Shown: in pieces, positions 11,117 through 19,475 of the stretch
How positions within the stretch are numbered: position 1 is the stretch's first letter
How the letters are laid out: every line of letters begins with the position of its first letter
From: an uncultured Rickettsiales bacterium
Lineage (GTDB): Bacteria > Pseudomonadota > Alphaproteobacteria > Rickettsiales > RI-342
Reading direction: 5' to 3'
NCBI GenBank assembly: GCA_964538615.1
Contig: CAZIGK010000006.1
Span: 3,935 to 67,934, forward strand
DNA length: 64,000 nucleotides
Position numbers and translations under genes: made by a program
Notes under the pieces: generated by a model
What the model was told of the DNA's origin: nothing
Seen by the model: the letters and a program-made list of their open reading frames with translations, nothing else
Databases searched by the model: none

Positions 11117-11788
11117 ATGCCCTCCGATACCGACCTGATTGACGATTCCGCCTGTCGGCTCTACCTCATTACCCCTGCGCAATTGCCAGATATCTCGGCC
11201 TTCCATGATCAATTGCAAACCGCACTCATCACAGGCGGCACCCATATTGGAGCGGTGCAACTTCGCCTGAAAGACACGCCGGATGCACAGATACGGCAAG
11301 CTGCCAAAACCTTGCTTCCTCTTTGCCAAAAGCATCAGGTTGCATTTTTTCTCAATGACCACGCAAACATCGCGGCCGATATCGGGGCAGATGGCGTGCA
11401 TCTGGGTCAGGAAGATATGCCCATCCAGCAGGCTCGCACCTTATTGGGTACAGAAGCCGTCATTGGTATCACCTGCCACGACTCACCGGATCTGGCCATG
11501 CAGGCCGGTGCCAACGGCGCAGATTATATAGCCTTTGGTGCATTTTATCCTAGCCAAACCAAACAGGGGAAAGGCCACCCCACGCCAGATATCCTCACAT
11601 GGTGGAGCCAATGGGCTATTTTACCTTCGGTAGCCATTGGCGGCATCACACCGGAAAATGCCCCCCCACTGGTAGAAGCCGGAGCAGATTTTCTGGCAGT
11701 CATCTCTGCGGTCTGGAACCATCCGCAAGGGGTAGAAGCCGCCATTCGCGCCTTTTTGCCTGCCTTGTCTTCCGCATCGCGGGGCTAA
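11117..11788 (+). CDS. thiE: Thiamine-phosphate synthase
   Basis: 223-aa TMP-TENI family pattern (LYLITP..., GADGVHLGQED, AIGGIT). Confidence 0.85.
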   Translation: MPSDTDLIDDSACRLYLITPAQLPDISAFHDQLQTALITGGTHIGAVQLRLKDTPDAQIRQAAKTLLPLCQKHQVAFFLNDHANIAADIGADGVHLGQEDMPIQQARTLLGTEAVIGITCHDSPDLAMQAGANGADYIAFGAFYPSQTKQGKGHPTPDILTWWSQWAILPSVAIGGITPENAPPLVEAGADFLAVISAVWNHPQGVEAAIRAFLPALSSASRG

Positions 11789-11913
11789 ATGCACCGTTTC
11801 TATGGCCGACTCCCCCTCTTCTCCCCCCAACCCGTTACCTCTTCTGCTTGAATCCTTCGTCATTTCAGGGTAACAAAAGCAACACTTCCTATTTCTTGTA
11901 AACGAGGCATTCC

Positions 11914-12477
11914 ATGAAAATTGATGGCAACGCAGTACGCGCGGGCATGGTGATTGAATATGAAAACAAGCTCTGGCAGGTCGTCAAGCACGAACTGCGC
12001 ACCCCCGGCAACCTTCGCGCTTTCAATCAGGTGGAATTGAAAGAACTACAAAACGGCACCAAAAACAACGTTCGCCTCAGCTCCACCGAAAGAGTGGAGC
12101 GCGTCCGTCTGGATCAGCATGACTGCAATTTCCTCTACGCAGAAGGCGACATGCTGACCTTCATGAATACGGAAACCTACGAACAATTCACCCTGCCCGC
12201 AGATTTGCTGGGGGATGACCTACCCTTCCTGCAAGACGGCATGACCGTAATCGTAGAACTACACGAAAATACCCCCATCGGCATCACTCTGCCGGAGAAA
12301 GTGGAACTCACCATCGCAGAGACCGAACCCGTTGTAAGAGGCCAGACCGCCGCATCATCCAACAAACCCGCTGTGTTGGAAAACGGGGTGCGCATTATGG
12401 TTCCCCCCTTCATTGATTCCGGGGAGCGTGTCATCGTACGTATCGAAGATCGTGCCTATGTTGAGCGGGCGAAATAA
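11914..12477 (+). CDS. efp: Elongation factor P with a non-canonical loop tip
   Basis: 187 aa with the typical EF-P N- and C-termini (…[24 protein letters not shown]). The loop reads TPGNLRAF instead of PGKGxAF (see findings). Confidence 0.9.
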   Translation: MKIDGNAVRAGMVIEYENKLWQVVKHELRTPGNLRAFNQVELKELQNGTKNNVRLSSTERVERVRLDQHDCNFLYAEGDMLTFMNTETYEQFTLPADLLGDDLPFLQDGMTVIVELHENTPIGITLPEKVELTIAETEPVVRGQTAASSNKPAVLENGVRIMVPPFIDSGERVIVRIEDRAYVERAK

Positions 12478-12483
12478 CCCCTC

Positions 12484-13299
12484 ATGACCCAACAGCTTTC
12501 CCCCACTCTTACCGTCATGCTGGCCGCCGCTGAAAAAGCGGGTAAACGTCTGGTGCGTGATTTTCACGAAGTTGAAAACCTGCAAGTCTCCCGCAAAGGC
12601 CCACGGGACTATGTCTCCAATGCAGACTTGCAGGCAGAAGAAACCCTGGTGACAGAACTGTCCAAAGCCCGCCCCGGCTACGGCTATCTACTGGAAGAAG
12701 GGGGAGAAGTGCCCGGCACCAACCCAGAGTTCCGCTGGATTATTGACCCGTTGGATGGCACAGGCAATTTCCTGCATGGCATTCCGCATTTCTGTATCTC
12801 TATCGCGCTGGAACAACGCACAGACAAACATACAGACATCATCGCAGGGCTGATTTTCAACCCCCTCACGCGGGATGCCTTCACCGCAGAGCGTAAAGGC
12901 GGTGCCTATCTGAATGGTAAGCGCATTAAAGTTTCCAGCCGCAAAGAAATTTCAGATGCGCTCATGGCTACAGGTAACTCGTCCCTGCGCACCACCGACG
13001 CACGCTACCGCAACCTCACCAGCGTCTATTCCGCTCATGTCTATGGTTTGCGTTCTCTGGGAGCTGCTGCGCTGGATCTGGCCTATGTCGCCTCCGGTAA
13101 ACTGGACGGTTTCTGGCAAATGGGACTCAAGCCATGGGATATCGCCGCTGGCACATTATTGGTAAAAGAAGCAGGCGGTTACGTTTTAGAACTGAATCGT
13201 CAACCAAATTTTATCGAAACCGGGGATATTCTGGCCTGCAATAATCTACTGGCCCCGAAACTGGAGAAACTTCTCTCCGAGGCGTATAAAGCCGCCTGA
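12484..13299 (+). CDS. suhB: Inositol monophosphatase family protein (SuhB-like)
   Basis: IMPase motifs WIIDPLDGTGNFLHG and WDIAAG; 271 aa. Confidence 0.85.
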   Translation: MTQQLSPTLTVMLAAAEKAGKRLVRDFHEVENLQVSRKGPRDYVSNADLQAEETLVTELSKARPGYGYLLEEGGEVPGTNPEFRWIIDPLDGTGNFLHGIPHFCISIALEQRTDKHTDIIAGLIFNPLTRDAFTAERKGGAYLNGKRIKVSSRKEISDALMATGNSSLRTTDARYRNLTSVYSAHVYGLRSLGAAALDLAYVASGKLDGFWQMGLKPWDIAAGTLLVKEAGGYVLELNRQPNFIETGDILACNNLLAPKLEKLLSEAYKAA

Positions 13300-13343
13300 A
13301 TGCGGACGGGTCAGCCCTTTTTGTTCACAACAGGCGACTTGCT

Positions 13344-14783
13344 ATGACCCGTTCTCTTTTCCGTGCATACTCCCTTGGCACCTGCCTTACCCTTACTTTG
13401 CTGGCGTTGTCCACCACGGGTGCGCGTGCCGCCACCAGCATGCAGGCTCCCCTGCCGGACGTGGAAATGCACCTGGATGTGCTGGATCGTTATCGCACGC
13501 CGGAAAGTGAACCGGTCCCCTATCCGGATAGCTACCGCTACCAGCCTCGCCCAAATGTTTGGCAAGCCCCATCGTTTCAGGTAGAAGAGCCAACCCAACA
13601 TCAGGGCGGCCCTATCATCATCAAACGTCGCCCCAGTGCAAACCCAACCCCTGCGGCCACTCCTAAAGCATCCCCAACGGTTGCACCTTCCTATGCGCCT
13701 GCGGTACCCACAAAAACCGCCCCCACCAAACCACTGCCTGCTAAAGCGGCCAGCAAACCCAATCCGGCAGCCAGCCGTCCGGCGGCACCGCCGCCCCCTC
13801 CACCCGCTACAAGCGTCAAAACCACCCCACCGCCAGCCGCCCAATCAACGGAGCTACCACCGCTACCACCCAGCGCCCCCGTGACCGTTGATTTACCCGC
13901 CGCTCCCCCAATGCCTCCCGCAGGCAGCACTGACAGCCATCGTCTTCCGCCGCTCCCACCGTCCGGCAATCATTCTGGCAAAGAGCTTCCGGCACTCCCT
14001 CCCAAGCCCTCTGATGCTTCTGCCGCTCCCGTGGTGGTACCGGTTCCGGGCAATGCGCCTGCTGCTGCCCCCACACCAACTCCTGCCCCCACACCTGCTC
14101 CCGCCCCCACACCTGCTCCTGCTGCGGATCCTGCTCCTGCTCCTGCTGCGGCTCCTGCTCCTGCTGCGGCTCCTGCACCAGCAGCACCCAGCAGCAAGAC
14201 CCTATCCATGCCCACCCTGCCGGATGAGCCCGCAGGCACCGGAGAGCCTGACCTCCCCCCACCCGCCGTCCCCGCACGTGATGGCAAAGTCATGCCTACC
14301 CTCCCCCCACCTGCGGATGGTGAAGAACTACCAGAGCTACCCCCCCTACCGGGCAAGGGTGAACCTTTGGCCCTACCCGCCCCTCCCTCTGCGGCACCCG
14401 GTGAGTTAGGCAATATCACGCCACCCGAGTTGCAAACCAAACCCATGATCGTGGCGGATTCCCCCCCAACGCCAACCCGCCTGCCCCGGCTGGAAATTGG
14501 CTTCACTAAATCAGAGACTGCTGTCCCCCTGAGTGAAGAAAAAGTCCTCAATGGTGCCGCCGCGACCTATAAAAAAGTCTTCGCCAAAAACATGACACTG
14601 GTTGGCTATGCCACCAGCCCGAAAGATCAATCCAGCGAGGCCCTAACCGTTGCCCAAAGCCGCGCCAGCGCGGTGAAAGATTATCTGGTGAAACAAGGCA
14701 TTGCCGCCAACGACATCACGGTGGAAAGCAAAACCCTCCCCAGTGGCACCCCGCAGGCGGATAAAGTCGAAATCTTTTTCTAG
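13344..14783 (+). CDS. OmpA-like C-terminal domain protein with a long Pro/Ala-rich region
   Basis: Signal peptide (…LALSTTGARAAT), about 330 aa of P/A/T/S low complexity, and a C-terminal OmpA-like segment (GYATSPKDQSSEALTVAQSRASAVKDYLVKQGIAANDI). Confidence 0.7.
   Translation: MTRSLFRAYSLGTCLTLTLLALSTTGARAATSMQAPLPDVEMHLDVLDRYRTPESEPVPYPDSYRYQPRPNVWQAPSFQVEEPTQHQGGPIIIKRRPSANPTPAATPKASPTVAPSYAPAVPTKTAPTKPLPAKAASKPNPAASRPAAPPPPPPATSVKTTPPPAAQSTELPPLPPSAPVTVDLPAAPPMPPAGSTDSHRLPPLPPSGNHSGKELPALPPKPSDASAAPVVVPVPGNAPAAAPTPTPAPTPAPAPTPAPAADPAPAPAAAPAPAAAPAPAAPSSKTLSMPTLPDEPAGTGEPDLPPPAVPARDGKVMPTLPPPADGEELPELPPLPGKGEPLALPAPPSAAPGELGNITPPELQTKPMIVADSPPTPTRLPRLEIGFTKSETAVPLSEEKVLNGAAATYKKVFAKNMTLVGYATSPKDQSSEALTVAQSRASAVKDYLVKQGIAANDITVESKTLPSGTPQADKVEIFF
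14055..14192 (+). repeat. Tandem degenerate Pro-Ala coding repeat inside the OmpA-like gene
   Basis: The DNA repeats units such as CCCCCACACCTGCTCC and GCTCCTGCTCCTGCTGCGG, encoding [41 protein letters not shown]. Confidence 0.6.
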
Positions 14784-15143
14784 TTCTTATCTACAGTTTG
14801 AGTGATCATTGAGCGAAAATGGCTTTTTTGCAAGCAGCGGAGAGAGTGTACATCGTGATACATGACAGGTGCAGCGCAGTAAACCTGCCCTTCGCAGCAC
14901 ATCATCATCAAATGTGACGACACGATCTGAATAAACTACACCTGTCTGCACCATCGCCCATGGCATCGCACCTCCCTCTCTTACCGAATGAAACGGCCTG
15001 AGAAAAGCGTGCTGATTTTCTGCATTTACGCATCCCGTCAGGATTGGTATCCTCCACCGCAATTTCCACTGTTTATCGCTGATTCTATGGACAGAACGCA
15101 TAGTATCCGCGCTAAATAACCATAGCGCGGCAGGTAAGGCAAC

Positions 15144-17462
15144 ATGGCGGCACACACCATCCACTCATCCTCCCCTTACAGTTTCGCTCCAGCATTCGCA
15201 TCACCGGAAGGACAGGCATTGCTTTCGCAACTAGCGGCCTATGGCCTGTCTCCCGCCCCCTATCCCATGCTATCGCCAGCCCCCCTCGCTTCGGATAGCC
15301 TGACCCGCGCCAAAGAACTGGCTGATGTGCAAATGGCCTACATGCGCCGCTTCACACCGTGGAAAGCACAGCATGTCGAAGAAGTGGCCGCCATGTATGT
15401 CCACCGCATGCACGCACTCGCTCTGGCGCAAGGCATTCCCGTGGGCGCAGAAGACCAGGAACGCTGGCACTATACAGGACTACTGCATGATATTGGCCAA
15501 ACGGTGAATGGACTGCGCGCCCATCTGGAAGATGCCCCCGTCTTCGTGGAACTGAAACGCCAATGGCGGGCGTTGCTGGAACCCCATGCACGCTGGCAAA
15601 AACTGCTTGTACCTGAACTCAACCGCCCTTACCTCTCACTGGAAGAGGCCATTGAAGATGCCAGCCTGCGTTACATCACAGGCATGTATTTCCTGCCGGA
15701 TGAGCTGAATACATTACTCAACAGCAGGCCGGACATCAAAGAGAAGATGTATGACATGCGCCGACATTGGGATGCCGATCACGTATTCTCGCTCATCCAG
15801 CTCCATGAATCCACGCTGTTGGATGATCTGCTCATCACCCCTTCTCTGCATCATGTCAGCTTTGGTGATGGCTCAACCACCATGGCCAGCGCCTATCCGT
15901 TTCAGGCAGAAACCGTAACCCGCCAGACTATTTCCTACAGCCAGTGGCTCTTCAGCCTGTTGGATCGCCTGCAAGCCGCCAGCATGAACCAGCAAAGCCT
16001 CACCAGCATGCTGGTCAATTACAGTGTCGGTTTTGACCACCCGTATTTTGGCGTCCACCCTTCTCTGCTACGGGAATCATTAGAACAAGGCTGGTTGTTG
16101 ACTCTGGCCGAGCACTATTTCAGCCCACGCCTGGGTTCCAACCTACAGCCAGAGCTAACAGAACCCATGGGTTGGTTGCTCCACATGTTGGATATCCCTC
16201 CCGGCGTCAATGATGCTCATGCTTGGGTCATTTCGCAGGAAGCACAAAATCTTCCCCTCAAACCCCAACCGGAATCCGGGCTGGATATAGAGCATTACCG
16301 CCGTGGTCAGGCTATTCTGGCACAACGTAGCTGGAGTAATCAACCCTTCTGCCCTCATTGGCAAGCCTTCTGGGAAGCGGTCTCCAATAATATCCCTCTA
16401 CAGGATTATGTGATTGCGCGCGCCCACAAAGCAGAGCAGCGCAGCCATCGGGAAGGCCGCACGCCCTTAGGGGGAGATGCTGAACTCACCCGCCTGCGCC
16501 AGCTCTCCCCTGCGGAACCCATGCTCCACTCCGATACTGTGCTTGCCCAATCTATCCGGCGGGAAAACGCACGTATCCACCACCAGCAACCTCCTCGCCC
16601 AGACTGGCAGGAGATTCCGGTGACCGAGCTACTCACCATGGCGCGCGAAGCAGGCAAGCAAATGCTGGATACCTCCATCCCACTGCAAACCGAAACCAAG
16701 CCCGATCAATCCATTGTCACCAACGTGGATAAAGCCCTAAACCATTGGTGCATCCAGCAACTTCAACACCTCACCCCACATATCCCTGTCATTGCGGAAG
16801 AAAGCCTGCCGGAAACAAACCGCGCCATTGCCGCCCAACACGCCACCTTCTGGGTGATAGACCCGGTTGATGGCACTAGCCAATATCATCGCTGGCGACA
16901 AGGGGATCTCAGCGCGGATGGCTTCAGCATCAATATTGCCTTGGTCAGCCACGGAGAGCCCGTGTTTGGGGTGACCTATTTTCCTGCCAAAGGCCTGCTT
17001 TATTATAATGATGCAGAAGGGGCATGGAAACAACAGGACGGACAACCCGCCAATCCTCTCGCTCCCTCCCCTCTGCGCTACATGGAAACCGTGCAAACCT
17101 CTGCCCACCCACAGGAAATTGCCAACCTGCTGCTGGATATGCCCACCTCCCGCCATAGCCAGAACCAGCCCATGACCGCCCAGCTTCGTAGTCTGGAAGC
17201 CGCAGCCGGCAATCATCATGTCGGTTACGGTTCGGCAGGTTTCAAATGGTGGGATACTGCCTCGGTACATGCCGTCCTCAAAGCGGTGGGCGGCACCATG
17301 ATTACCCCCCATAATGGGGAAGAACTGCGCTACCCGCAAGGCGGTGACCCCAACGCCGGACAACCCCCGCACGTCAGTGGTCTGGAAGCCACGTTGCGCC
17401 AGCTTGGGCTAACCGGTCTGCTGCATCGCGCAGCGCCATCCGCCGCACAGCTACGCAGCTAG
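15144..17462 (+). CDS. Fusion protein: N-terminal HD-domain region, about 350 aa of unknown sequence, and a C-terminal CysQ/IMPase-type phosphatase
   Basis: HD signature HVEEVAAMYVHRMHALALAQG...YTGLLHDIGQ (HD codons at 15486-15491). The C-terminal roughly 280 aa carry CysQ-like blocks: LTPHIPVIAEES, FWVIDPVDGT (16860), FSINIALVSHGEPVFGVTYFPA, WWDTASVHAV. Confidence 0.6.
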   Translation: MAAHTIHSSSPYSFAPAFASPEGQALLSQLAAYGLSPAPYPMLSPAPLASDSLTRAKELADVQMAYMRRFTPWKAQHVEEVAAMYVHRMHALALAQGIPVGAEDQERWHYTGLLHDIGQTVNGLRAHLEDAPVFVELKRQWRALLEPHARWQKLLVPELNRPYLSLEEAIEDASLRYITGMYFLPDELNTLLNSRPDIKEKMYDMRRHWDADHVFSLIQLHESTLLDDLLITPSLHHVSFGDGSTTMASAYPFQAETVTRQTISYSQWLFSLLDRLQAASMNQQSLTSMLVNYSVGFDHPYFGVHPSLLRESLEQGWLLTLAEHYFSPRLGSNLQPELTEPMGWLLHMLDIPPGVNDAHAWVISQEAQNLPLKPQPESGLDIEHYRRGQAILAQRSWSNQPFCPHWQAFWEAVSNNIPLQDYVIARAHKAEQRSHREGRTPLGGDAELTRLRQLSPAEPMLHSDTVLAQSIRRENARIHHQQPPRPDWQEIPVTELLTMAREAGKQMLDTSIPLQTETKPDQSIVTNVDKALNHWCIQQLQHLTPHIPVIAEESLPETNRAIAAQHATFWVIDPVDGTSQYHRWRQGDLSADGFSINIALVSHGEPVFGVTYFPAKGLLYYNDAEGAWKQQDGQPANPLAPSPLRYMETVQTSAHPQEIANLLLDMPTSRHSQNQPMTAQLRSLEAAAGNHHVGYGSAGFKWWDTASVHAVLKAVGGTMITPHNGEELRYPQGGDPNAGQPPHVSGLEATLRQLGLTGLLHRAAPSAAQLRS

Positions 17463-17489
17463 CTGCGTAGCTTCCGCAAAACATCCAAC

Positions 17490-18785
17490 TTATCCGTAAA
17501 TCGGAAAAGCCTTGCACAGCTTTTCCACTTCCGCCCGCACCCGCGCTTCAACGGCGGCATCGCCTGCTTCGTTCGCTGCCAGTGCATCCAGCACATCCGC
17601 AATCAGGTGCGCAATTTTCGTAAACTCTGTCACACCAAAACCACGGGTCGTTCCGGCAGGGGTTCCTAACCGAATACCAGAAGATACCGCTGGCGGTGCC
17701 GGATCAAAAGGAATCGCATTCTTGTTACAGGTCAGCCCCGCACGCTCCAGACCATGCTCTGCGGCTTTACCACTCACCCCTTTGCTACGCAAATCCACCA
17801 ACACCATGTGGCAATCCGTTCCGCCGGAGACAATACCCACTCCGCGCTCCTGCAAGGTGGCGCTCAGGGCGCGGGCATTATCCAGCACCGCCTGTGCGTA
17901 GGCTTTAAAACCGGGTTGCAGCGCCTCACCAAATGCCACGGCTTTTGCCGCAATCACATGCATCAAAGGCCCACCCTGTAGTCCGGGAAACACCGCAGAA
18001 TTCAACTTTTTCGCATAGTCTTCCCGGTCGGTCAGAATCAACCCACCCCGCGGCCCGCGCAGGGTTTTATGCGTGGTGGTCGTCACCACATCCGCATAGG
18101 GTAGCGGGGTCGGGTAAATGCCTGCTGCCACCAATCCGGCATAATGTGCCATATCCACCCACAAAATCGCGCCCACCTTGTCCGCAATCTCACGGAACCG
18201 GGCAAAGTCAATCACCCGTGAATAGGCGGAAGCCCCGGCAATAATCATGGTGGGTTTATGTTCTACTGCCAGCTTTTCCACTGCATCATAATCAATCAGC
18301 CCATCGGCTTCACGTACGCCATATTGCACAATGTTATACCATTTGCCGGAAAGGGTCGGCTTGGCACCATGGGTCAGGTGTCCACCCGCTGCCAGAGACA
18401 TCCCCAACACTGTATCTCCCGGTTTGGTAAAGGCCAGATACACGGCCTGGTTCGCCTGCGCACCGGAATGCGGCTGTACGTTGGCATAACAGCAGTTAAA
18501 CAGCTTTTTAGCACGCTCTATCGCCAGCACTTCGGCCTTGTCCACTTCTTCGCACCCACCATAGTAACGGGCATGCGGGTAGCCTTCCGCGTATTTATTG
18601 GTCAGCACGGAACCCTGCGCTTCCAGCACGGCGCGGCTGACAATATTTTCGGAGGCAATCAGCTCAATCTGGCTCTGTTGCCGATGCAGCTCACCTTTCA
18701 GGGCAGCGGCCAATTCCGGGTCAGCCTGTTGAACAGACTGGTTAAAAAATCCATGGGGGGCAAAGGCGTGGGCAGTCGCGGTCAT
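17490..18785 (-). CDS. glyA: Serine hydroxymethyltransferase
   Basis: 431 aa; PLP-lysine motif [14 protein letters not shown]; family-typical throughout. Confidence 0.95.
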   Translation of the reverse strand: MTATAHAFAPHGFFNQSVQQADPELAAALKGELHRQQSQIELIASENIVSRAVLEAQGSVLTNKYAEGYPHARYYGGCEEVDKAEVLAIERAKKLFNCCYANVQPHSGAQANQAVYLAFTKPGDTVLGMSLAAGGHLTHGAKPTLSGKWYNIVQYGVREADGLIDYDAVEKLAVEHKPTMIIAGASAYSRVIDFARFREIADKVGAILWVDMAHYAGLVAAGIYPTPLPYADVVTTTTHKTLRGPRGGLILTDREDYAKKLNSAVFPGLQGGPLMHVIAAKAVAFGEALQPGFKAYAQAVLDNARALSATLQERGVGIVSGGTDCHMVLVDLRSKGVSGKAAEHGLERAGLTCNKNAIPFDPAPPAVSSGIRLGTPAGTTRGFGVTEFTKIAHLIADVLDALAANEAGDAAVEARVRAEVEKLCKAFPIYG

Positions 18786-18817
18786 GGTATTGTCTCCTTA
18801 CATATCCGCTAAATCAT

Positions 18818-19279
18818 TCAAAGTTTTTCAATTTTTGCAAGTCGCGCTTCGTGCCGTCCGCCGTCAAATGGGGTCGCCAGAAACGCATCCACGCAGGCAA
18901 TATGCGTGGTGAGATCTTCCCGTCTGGCAGCCAGACATAATACATTCGCATGGTTATGCTGACGAGTGAGAGCCGCGGTTGCAGCATCATGCACCAGTGC
19001 CGCCCGAATCCCTGCATGGCGGTTCGCTGCGATACTCATACCAATACCCGATCCACACAGCAATATCCCTGCTGCATTGGGGGTCGCCAGAACCTTCACA
19101 CTCACCGCATGGGCATAATCCGGGTAATCCACGCTTTGTGTATCCGCTGGTCCCAAATCCTGTACATTGATACCATGGCGTAGCAGATGATGCACCAGCT
19201 CAGCCTTACGCTCCACACCCGCATGATCACTGGCAATAAAAACCGTGGCAAAAACAGGGCTGGCGGCGGCATTTTCCAT
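18818..19279 (-). CDS. rpiB: Ribose-5-phosphate isomerase B
   Basis: RpiB/LacAB motifs FIASDHAG and CGSGIGMSIAANR. The start is either 19279 (MENAAAS…) or 19297. Confidence 0.85.
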   Translation of the reverse strand: MENAAASPVFATVFIASDHAGVERKAELVHHLLRHGINVQDLGPADTQSVDYPDYAHAVSVKVLATPNAAGILLCGSGIGMSIAANRHAGIRAALVHDAATAALTRQHNHANVLCLAARREDLTTHIACVDAFLATPFDGGRHEARLAKIEKL

Positions 19280-19475
19280 GCGGAACATCCTTATCATCGG
19301 TCAGGTTTTCCATCGTTACCTGAATCTGCCTCCAGAAACAAGAAAAGATGCGGTTTATCCCCCTTCCCGTCGTCCTCTCCCACCAGAATCATCCCACCAT
19401 TTGAAAAATGGCTTAAGCCTGAGCCATCACTTCCGATATGCTACGGATAAGGTTCACATCACAGGTACTACACGC

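Noticed and set aside
13311-14551. Minus-strand ORFs of 177 and 193 aa rich in Gly/Ala/Arg
   Set aside because: They are shadow frames of the GC-rich Pro/Ala-coding region of the OmpA-like gene.
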